The notes below the pieces were generated by a model. The model saw nothing but the letters and a program-made list of their open reading frames with translations, did no database searches and had not been told where the DNA came from. Positions 1 through 6,700 of a stretch of DNA of 10,211 nt are shown piece by piece. This stretch comes from an archaeon (GTDB lineage Archaea; Iainarchaeota; Iainarchaeia; Iainarchaeales; CSSED10-239). A program made the translations under genes and the position numbers. Each line of letters opens with the position of its first letter. The first letter of the stretch is position 1. The stretch covers positions 17,866-28,076 of the forward strand of contig DAOOON010000009.1 in NCBI GenBank assembly GCA_035387745.1, in the 5' to 3' direction.

Positions 1-1
1 A

Positions 2-1750
2 GGCACAACAATTGAATTAGACGAAATTAGCAAAATAAATAATCAATTAGACGATCTTGATAAACTATTAAAAGGGACAACATCAATATCCACTAGCACA
101 GCCGCAATAACCACGGATGATCAGCTGAAAATTGTTAATTCTTTAAAACAAACAAATCAAGGTATTGATGACGGTATAAAACAAATAGATGACGCAATCA
201 ATATTACAAACCCATCTGATACTGCAAAATTAGATACGTTAAAAGCCAATAGAGAAAGCTTACTTAAAGCAAAAGAAGGGCTATCTGAAATTAGTGATGA
301 CGTTTCTAAATTAAAACCAAACGGAGCAGGGAGTATAGAGGTTTCTTCCGAATTACAAAACAAAATAAATAATGTATCTCTTATTGATGATCAGATTAAA
401 GGTGTAAATTCGGCCTTATCTTCAATAGTCACTGGATCAAAATCAACTATGAGTTCCGCACAATTAGCAAATACGATTTCCGGTTTAGAAAAATCATCAG
501 CAAGTGCTGCAAAGCAATTGGCTATGTTAGATACCCAAATAGCGAATATGGAAAAAAGTAAAAACATAGTAACAATAGGCGCAAGAAATAAATATTTAGA
601 AAAATTAAAAGATCAAAGAGCTGGTCTTCAACAGGCTATAGAAAAATACAAAACTGCTGCTAATGAATTGGCAAGCGCACAAGATGATTTAGCAAAAACC
701 GGAAAAGGGGCCATAGAAGTATCCGATGACGTAATAAATAAAATAGATGATGCTTCAGGACTAGTTGCTGCCCAGAAGTTGCCTTCAAAATTAAGAAGGA
801 TATCAACAGGTCTACTAAAAATGGGGGTAGATATGGTTATAGTTGGAATTTCAAATGCTGCAGGGAAAGAATATTTAAATCGTCTTTCAAACGAGAACGG
901 ACAATTAGCAAATTTAGTTTATCAAGGAATTCCAGTTACTGAATTTGAAAAGAATGTGTGGTATAAAGTAACAGTAATAAAAAATTCAGACCGTTATAAT
1001 ATAATGATTGAAAAAGAAATACCGGCAATAAGTAATGATATAGTAATATATTATACAGATAATAAAGAAATTAAAGACATACAGACTTTAGAGCATCAAG
1101 ATGAATTATTACAAAATAATACACCGCAAGTACAATCACAAGATTGGTCAGAACTAAAAGAAGAGAAAGACAGAATTGATGCAACTCAAATTGCAACAAA
1201 TATTGAAGATTTACAAATGAGAATGTATTCTGAACACGAAACAAAATTAAAAGATTATGCAAGCTGTACATTTAGTAGTAGTGGCACTGTGTGTGTTGAT
1301 ATTAAGCCATTAACTCCAAACATGTGTGCTGCATTTGTTACAGGAGCATCTAGTAAGCTATATGGCGCAAACTATGTTGCAGGAAATGCTTGTGATTCTG
1401 GTACTGGCGCAAATCAAAATTATGGAACAAGAAACAGAATTGTTTGGCAAAAAGGAGAAGATAGTACAAGTTCATTAGATAATGTATTAGTGCCTGGTGT
1501 AGTAATAGGCATAGAAGGCACAAGTAACGTTCTTAAAAATTGTCAACCACCACATGTTGTTTTATATGTTGGTAAAAACGAATATGGTCAACACATGATA
1601 TTACAACAAAATGGAAGTAAAGGAAAATTAAGTCCTTTATTATCTGCAGATGGTGGCGCCTATCCTATGGAGAAAATATTTTTCATAGTTGTTCCAAAAA
1701 GTGGTTATGCAACTTATGATAATTTTGCAATAAATAATAATTTATCATAA
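2..1750 (+). CDS. 5'-truncated coiled-coil protein with a C-terminal NlpC/P60- or CHAP-like cysteine peptidase domain (putative extracellular cell-wall hydrolase)
   Basis: Frame 2 is open from nt 2 to TAA at 1748-1750. The track ORF begins at the first in-frame ATG (449). However, 149 stop-free codons lie upstream of it in AT-rich DNA, and they translate to the same heptad-like K/D/E/L/I/N-rich sequence. A ~24-aa motif (G-x-G-x-IEVS-x-x-x-x-NKI) occurs both upstream (323-394) and downstream (701-775) of that ATG. The gene therefore continues off the left edge. Confidence 0.85.
   Translation, partial: GTTIELDEISKINNQLDDLDKLLKGTTSISTSTAAITTDDQLKIVNSLKQTNQGIDDGIKQIDDAINITNPSDTAKLDTLKANRESLLKAKEGLSEISDDVSKLKPNGAGSIEVSSELQNKINNVSLIDDQIKGVNSALSSIVTGSKSTMSSAQLANTISGLEKSSASAAKQLAMLDTQIANMEKSKNIVTIGARNKYLEKLKDQRAGLQQAIEKYKTAANELASAQDDLAKTGKGAIEVSDDVINKIDDASGLVAAQKLPSKLRRISTGLLKMGVDMVIVGISNAAGKEYLNRLSNENGQLANLVYQGIPVTEFEKNVWYKVTVIKNSDRYNIMIEKEIPAISNDIVIYYTDNKEIKDIQTLEHQDELLQNNTPQVQSQDWSELKEEKDRIDATQIATNIEDLQMRMYSEHETKLKDYASCTFSSSGTVCVDIKPLTPNMCAAFVTGASSKLYGANYVAGNACDSGTGANQNYGTRNRIVWQKGEDSTSSLDNVLVPGVVIGIEGTSNVLKNCQPPHVVLYVGKNEYGQHMILQQNGSKGKLSPLLSADGGAYPMEKIFFIVVPKSGYATYDNFAINNNLS
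323..394 (+). repeat. Intragenic protein-level repeat, copy 1 (GAGSIEVSSELQNKINNVSLIDDQ)
   Basis: Manual translation of frame 2. It matches copy 2 at 701-775 in the G-x-G-x-IEVS...NKI...Q pattern. Confidence 0.6.
701..775 (+). repeat. Intragenic protein-level repeat, copy 2 (GKGAIEVSDDVINKIDDASGLVAAQ)
   Basis: Manual translation of frame 2. It matches copy 1 at 323-394. Confidence 0.6.
1262..1708 (+). other. Putative NlpC/P60- or CHAP-like papain-fold peptidase domain of gene 1
   Basis: The motif order resembles NlpC/P60 enzymes such as E. coli MepS/Spr (DCSGFV ... PGDLVLF ... HVGIYIG ... VHA). Here NMCAAFV carries a Cys at 1325-1327, LVPGVVIGIEG follows, PPHVVLYVG carries a His at 1553-1555, and GQHMILQ carries a second His at 1592-1594, 13 residues after the first. 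The domain has 5 Cys, an odd number that would allow one free catalytic thiol plus two disulfides. Confidence 0.5.
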
Positions 1751-1760
1751 TACTAACCTC

Positions 1761-1786
1761 TTTTAAATCTTTTTCTTATATTTTTA
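1761..1786 (+). promoter_or_regulatory. Possible TATA-like promoter elements upstream of gene 2 (TTTTAAAT, CTTATATTTTTA)
   Basis: A/T boxes lie 14-39 nt upstream of ATG 1800, and the last 20 nt contain no Shine-Dalgarno-like purine run. Such strings are common by chance in DNA this AT-rich. Confidence 0.15.
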
Positions 1787-1799
1787 TTTAGATTTAATC

Positions 1800-1889
1800 A
1801 TGAATAAAAAAGGCTTTACATTATTTACAGCACTGATCTCTTTGTTATTAGTATCTGTAGCCTTGTCTTTAATTTTTAATATGATTAAT
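1800..1889 (+). other. Class III (prepilin-type) signal peptide or N-terminal hydrophobic pilin helix of gene 2
   Basis: K-K-G precedes F-T-L and an uninterrupted ~22-residue hydrophobic stretch. This fits the archaeal prepilin pattern [KR][GA]|[hydrophobic]. It also fits the bacterial G|FTL pattern, except that position +5 is Thr rather than Glu. There is no AxA-type Sec cleavage site. A plain signal anchor is the alternative. Confidence 0.55.
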
Positions 1890-3590
1890 ACAGAAGACAC
1901 GTATCTCTCTCTTATTCAAGATCAATCGTCAATGTCTGATCTTATGACTATTGCTGATCTTGCAAGAGCTGATGCATTTAATACTTTCATAATAACTCTT
2001 AGATCCAATTGGGAAGAGCACATGTCTAGAAATCATATGCTAGTAACTAGAGACCAAATGGATATGAATTGGGATGATTTTACACAATGGTTTATAAAAG
2101 ACAATTTTTTTGAAAGAGCATTTCCTGCATACTTTGCTCAAGGTATACTTTTTAATCTTAAATATAAAATGGAGCCACCAGGATATGATATAAGAACAGA
2201 AACAAACACCGGCACAAAAATAGTTTGTACCGAAAATTGTGAATATGGAGCACCAAATTGTAATTGTGAAATTCAAGCAACTGACCCTGATAGCGATACA
2301 AACAATTTATTTATTGATGTAGTTGTTGATATTTTTAAAGCAGGAGGAGAGAAAGCAGATATTATTGATTGTAATCAAACCGATACCAACTGTAATGGCT
2401 CTTTCTTTTTAACATTAGACACTACTCAGCTTGCAGATGAAAACTATGAATTGTTGCCGATAGTAACTGTTTTAAGAACTAAAAGTAATCAAGTAATACA
2501 AAGACCAGTATTAAGCAGACAGATTTATAAGATATATATGCCATGGCGTGGTCTTCAAGCATTAAGAACTGCAAGAAATATTGTTTTAGATAATGATACA
2601 GAAGAAAATGAAAATCCTGCAACACACGAGAATGTTGGTTTTTTCTCTCCAACAATTCACAACACCCTAGAGCAGGCAAGGCTTGGTTTTTGTGATCCAG
2701 GAACCTGCGTTCCAAGAAATAATTTCTTTATCACGCCAAATAAAATAGGAGTAGGGAACAGTTTTTGCCATACTATTCCCAAAACTTTAACGGCATCGGT
2801 GCCTTCTAATTTACTTTCAATATCACAAGTAAAAAATCTTCCTACAACATATGATTCTACAGAAAACATTAAAGATGGCTTTCTAAAACTTTATGGTCAA
2901 TCGCTTCTAGGAAATTTGAGCCAAAAAAGAAACGGCCAAACAATTACTTACAATAATGGATTAATAATGGATGGCCTCATAACTCCAATAGCTCCAGATG
3001 TTAATATTTTTGAATTTGTATTAGACGTTAGTTCAAAAAGAAGTAAAAAATATGTTACTACTGTTGCAAGTAATTTTGACGACGATTATGGTGCATTCAA
3101 CTTTGATGCATTAAGCAAAATGCCTTCTCTTGTAGGCGGCTTAGGTCTATTCTTAAAAGATAACAAATCCTCGCTAATCTGGCAAGTTAATAAACCTTGG
3201 TACGATAATCAAGCAAGCTTAAATTTGCCCGCAGATAACTCACAATATTCTGGCATTTTTAATTGCTCTGAAATAAATAATGCAACAACAGTTCTGCAAT
3301 TTATAGAAACAGATCCAAGATATAGAATAAAAGAATCTTATAAAGGCGTTAATACAAATATTAAAATACATTTACGTGAAGATTTTAGTGAGTTTTATTT
3401 TACTCCGGACAATAATTGGTCAAATCTGAAGCTTATAATAAATGATAATGGTTATTTAGATCCAAATTCTGCAAATTCTTTTGGTGACACCACAATTGAT
3501 GAAATCGGCTCAGGAATACAACCATGGGTTTGTTACAGCCAAGTCGATAGTGACAGTTCAGCCCCAAATTGTGGCCCAAAGAAATCATAA
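1800..3590 (+). CDS. Large Cys-rich secreted protein with a type IV pilin-like (class III signal peptide) N-terminus; candidate minor or tip pilin, or pilus-associated adhesin
   Basis: This is a complete 596-codon ORF running from ATG 1800 to TAA 3588-3590. The N-terminus is MNKKG|FTLFTALISLLLVSVALSLIF. The mature part is polar and N/D/T-rich and contains exactly 12 Cys in local clusters (CTENCEYGAPNCNC, DCNQTDTNC, FCDPGTC, VCYSQVDSDSSAPNC). Confidence 0.9.
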   Translation: MNKKGFTLFTALISLLLVSVALSLIFNMINTEDTYLSLIQDQSSMSDLMTIADLARADAFNTFIITLRSNWEEHMSRNHMLVTRDQMDMNWDDFTQWFIKDNFFERAFPAYFAQGILFNLKYKMEPPGYDIRTETNTGTKIVCTENCEYGAPNCNCEIQATDPDSDTNNLFIDVVVDIFKAGGEKADIIDCNQTDTNCNGSFFLTLDTTQLADENYELLPIVTVLRTKSNQVIQRPVLSRQIYKIYMPWRGLQALRTARNIVLDNDTEENENPATHENVGFFSPTIHNTLEQARLGFCDPGTCVPRNNFFITPNKIGVGNSFCHTIPKTLTASVPSNLLSISQVKNLPTTYDSTENIKDGFLKLYGQSLLGNLSQKRNGQTITYNNGLIMDGLITPIAPDVNIFEFVLDVSSKRSKKYVTTVASNFDDDYGAFNFDALSKMPSLVGGLGLFLKDNKSSLIWQVNKPWYDNQASLNLPADNSQYSGIFNCSEINNATTVLQFIETDPRYRIKESYKGVNTNIKIHLREDFSEFYFTPDNNWSNLKLIINDNGYLDPNSANSFGDTTIDEIGSGIQPWVCYSQVDSDSSAPNCGPKKS

Positions 3591-3622
3591 AGTTATAACT
3601 TATACCAGTTAATTAATATTAT

Positions 3623-3716
3623 TTTATAAACCTTTTTGTTATTAGATATATTATCCAAAAAAGATAATATTTATAAACAATTGTTTAATCTATTATAATA
3701 TATATTATATTAAAAT
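3623..3716 (+). promoter_or_regulatory. Candidate promoter region for the giant gene: duplicated TTTATAAAC boxes and a TA-rich palindrome
   Basis: TTTATAAAC occurs at 3623-3631 and again at 3670-3678, the second time preceded by an A-rich run. A perfect 16-nt palindrome TATAATATATATTATA sits at 3694-3709. All of these lie 26-120 nt upstream of ATG 3742, in the only sizeable non-coding gap in the window. Confidence 0.3.
3633..3640 (+). terminator. Oligo-T tract (TTTTTGTT) downstream of gene 2; possible archaeal-style intrinsic terminator
   Basis: A T5 run lies 43 nt after the gene 2 stop. No GC-rich hairpin precedes it. The signal is weak in AT-rich DNA. Confidence 0.15.
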
Positions 3717-3727
3717 CTGAAATAAAA

Positions 3728-3733
3728 GAAGGT
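3728..3733 (+). promoter_or_regulatory. Shine-Dalgarno-like GAAGGT upstream of the giant gene
   Basis: It partially matches AGGAGGT and ends 8 nt before ATG 3742. Confidence 0.35.
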
Positions 3734-3741
3734 TTTCAAAA

Positions 3742-6700
3742 ATGGGATTAAAAGAATTCTACTATAAATTAGAAGATAAATATTTTGCAATGCTTGATAA
3801 TCTGGAGGAAAAGGGAATTAATTTATACAAATTAGTTGATCCTCTAGAAAAAAATGGAATACCAACATTCCCTATTTTTATAATTCTTATTCTTGCAATA
3901 ATCGGTTTGATAATTTTCTTATTACTTCCTGTTTTTGGAATAACAGGTGGACCGCACGGAACTGCTGTTCAATTTGTAAATGAAACAAATGATCCAATTT
4001 CTGATATAACCTTAAAAGTAAAATTAAATGGCCAGTCTAAAACAATAGAAACAGATTCTGAAGGTTATTTTTATTTTAAAGATTTAAGTAAAGATTCAAC
4101 TTATGTTTTAAAATTAGCAGACGATAAATATCTATTCTCAGATAGAGAAGAATATACAATTGATCCAAAAAAGGAATCACTAGTAGTTCATTTAAAAGAA
4201 GGCGCATTTTCAACCACAAAAACAATTTTATTTAAAACACAATCAGGAGAAGCAGTAACTTCTGAATTAAATGTAGAATTTAGTTGTCTTGGAACAGACT
4301 ATGAAAAAACAGTAATAGTTAAAGGTGGATCTCACACATTAGACGATATACCAACAGATTGTGGCAGTTTAACAGTAGATGTAAAAAACAGAAGTGATTA
4401 TGAAACAAAGATTCCTGCGGATGGAACAAGTGGGGAAATAATATTTAGTAGTTCTGTAAACTACGCAACATTATCGGTAACAATAAAAGATAAAGACAAA
4501 GGAATAATTCTACCCGGCATGTCAGTATCAATATATGATTTAACAGGGATAAAGGTTGATAGTGGACCAACAAATGCAAATGGTATTTTTTCAACAGAGT
4601 TAGTTCAAGTTTCAAAGACCTATAGAATATTAGTTTCTGATGATACAAAAAAAATTTATTCTGGAATAAACGATCAAGATTATGCAAATAATATTCAAAC
4701 ACCAGTAACAATAACTACAGGGATAAACACTAAATCATTAGAAATAAAACAAGATGTTGTTGGGTTTATAAAAGTAAAAGTAAAAAACGATTCTGGATTA
4801 TATCTAGAAGGCGTTTCTGTAAAATTATCAAAAGGCAGTTCTACAATTGATATTAAAACTACTGATTCTACGGGGGTTGTAGAGTTTGGAGTAAAAGAGA
4901 ATGTAACTTATGTTTTGTCCTTTGATAAAGAAGGTTATTTTGTTTACACAAACAGAAATGCAACAGTTTCTGAAAGTACAACAGAGGTCACTTTAAGGAG
5001 TATGACTGAAGAAACAAAAACCAGTTTATTGATTAGCGTAACCGATACAGAATTAAATCCTTTAGAATATGCGACTGTAAAAATATGGGATGCATTAAAT
5101 AATACAGTTGTTAAAATTGTAACTACAGATGTAACAGGCAGAGTAATTATTTCAAATTTAAGTGTGGAAACAACTTATTTAGCAGAAGCAATAGTTGGTC
5201 CATTTACTGGTAGAACAAATAATTTTGTAGTAGAGGAAAGAGAAGAGACGTCTGTTCCAATTTTAGTTTCAATTGGTTATGGCACTTATAATTTAACAAT
5301 ATTAAATTCAGATGGCAATCCTATTTCAAATGCAACAATAAAAGCATATGATGCAAGCACAAATAAAGAAATGACAGAAAAGCAAACAACCACTAACGAA
5401 ACAGGTCTTGCAATATTACCAATTAGAGCAGATAAAGAAGTATATTTTGCTATAGTCACAGCAGACGGCACAATAATTACAAAAAGATATTCTGTAGATG
5501 CAGAAAATGTAACAAACGATACAATAGTCATTCCTTCTAATGTTTCAAGCTCTGCAAGTCTGGAGTTTGTTGGCTATTTTTCCGCAAATGGAGAACAGTT
5601 GCCAGCAGTTAGTGCTGGTCAATCCGCAACAGCAAGATTTTTATTAAATGTTAATAAAAAATACTCAAAAGTTCTAGCACACATAAGAACAGGAGAAGGA
5701 GAAACTTGTGGTAACAGAACATATTCAATAACTGAAGATTCTATATATATTAAACAAATAAAATTTGCAGGAAATAAAATCATTGGTTCAATTGATTATA
5801 CACCATGTAATGGAGAATCAAAAGATACTGCTTCAATAGTCCGAAAAGATGCTAAATGGTTTAATGTTATTTTAGATAACCCAATAGAAGGGTCTTATAT
5901 TATTGATGCAGACATTGTAGTTACAGATACAGCAACAACCGATCAATCCATATTTTATAGAGCAGAATATCAACAAGGTTCTGCAATATTAAGAAATCCA
6001 AAAGACGATGTTATTGGAACAAGCCTAACTTCTCCAAATAGACAGGCACTTTATGCATATGCAAATAAGAAAATCATTTCAGTAGGTGATTCATCCAGTT
6101 GTGAAAACGGAATATGCTATGCTTTTACTATCAAAGACAAATCTACAGGTGCAGAAAAAAGAATAATGGACAAGTTTACAGCAAAAGAAGGAACAGATTA
6201 TCAACTTAATTTTAGATTAAGTTTTGAAAGACCTGCGACAGATGCAATTTTAGTGGTTTCACCAACAGGCCAAACAATAGTATTAAACGAATATGATATA
6301 ACTTCTGGTGGCAGTCTACCAATAACAGACACTGATTTTTCAAATATTAGTTTAGGAAATATAAATGCGAACGGCACAGTAAATGGTTCAATTGATTTAA
6401 GTGTAATTAATGACGTAACAGACGAATTGACCTTTAATATTTATGCAAATAGCGACAGCGTATTCTCAAAGATAATACACTTTGATCTTAAGCCTTCAAA
6501 AAAAATGATTGTTGATGTTGTTCCAAAAACAATGGTTCCATTTGTGCCTAATGTTATTTCTGTAGGAGTAACAGAAGAATCTGGCACAAAAATTTCTGAT
6601 GCAACAGTTTTTATAAGAATAAACGGAAAGACTATAGCAAATGGTAAAACCGACAGAGACGGTTTATATTCAGTAATGTTACCATCCACAGATATAAAAG

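Noticed and set aside
449-451. ATG 449 as the true start of gene 1, as implied by the ORF track
   Set aside because: The frame is open for 149 codons upstream to the window edge. The upstream translation continues the same coiled-coil composition and contains a copy of a motif that recurs downstream. No RBS or promoter-like gap precedes 449. It is most likely an internal Met.
800-865. Hydrophobic patch ISTGLLKMGVDMVIVGISNAAG in gene 1 as a transmembrane helix
   Set aside because: It contains Lys and Asp within the core and has only moderate hydrophobicity. I cannot support a TM call by eye, so a topology predictor should decide.
157-2869. Minus-strand track ORFs at 157-363, 1071-1271, 2040-2276, 2479-2715 and 2657-2869 (66-78 aa)
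   Set aside because: Each lies entirely antisense to a much longer, protein-like plus-strand ORF. Their translations are Leu/Phe/Ile/Ser/Cys-rich low-information strings typical of the reverse complement of K/E/N/D/T-rich coding sequence. None has a start context or an intergenic promoter space.
3648-3670. Inverted repeat ATATTATC / GATAATAT with a 7-nt loop, as a terminator or riboswitch-like hairpin
   Set aside because: The stem is 8 bp with a single G:C pair, so it is thermodynamically very weak. Such a repeat is expected by chance in near-pure A/T sequence, and no T-tract follows directly.
3742-5550. High density of N-x-S/T sequons (I counted 13 in the first ~600 residues of the giant protein) as evidence of heavy N-glycosylation
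   Set aside because: With Asn near 8-9% and Ser+Thr near 18%, roughly that many sequons are expected by chance. Glycosylation is plausible for a surface protein, but the sequence does not show enrichment.
4647-6505. Homopolymer A8 tracts inside the giant ORF (4647-4654 and 6498-6505; also A7 at 7971-7977 and T7 at 2105-2111 in gene 2) as slipped-strand phase-variation switches
   Set aside because: They encode ordinary Lys-Lys or Phe-Phe pairs, and runs of 7-8 A/T are expected at this base composition. Nothing in a single sequence indicates length polymorphism. Only read-level heterogeneity could revive the idea.
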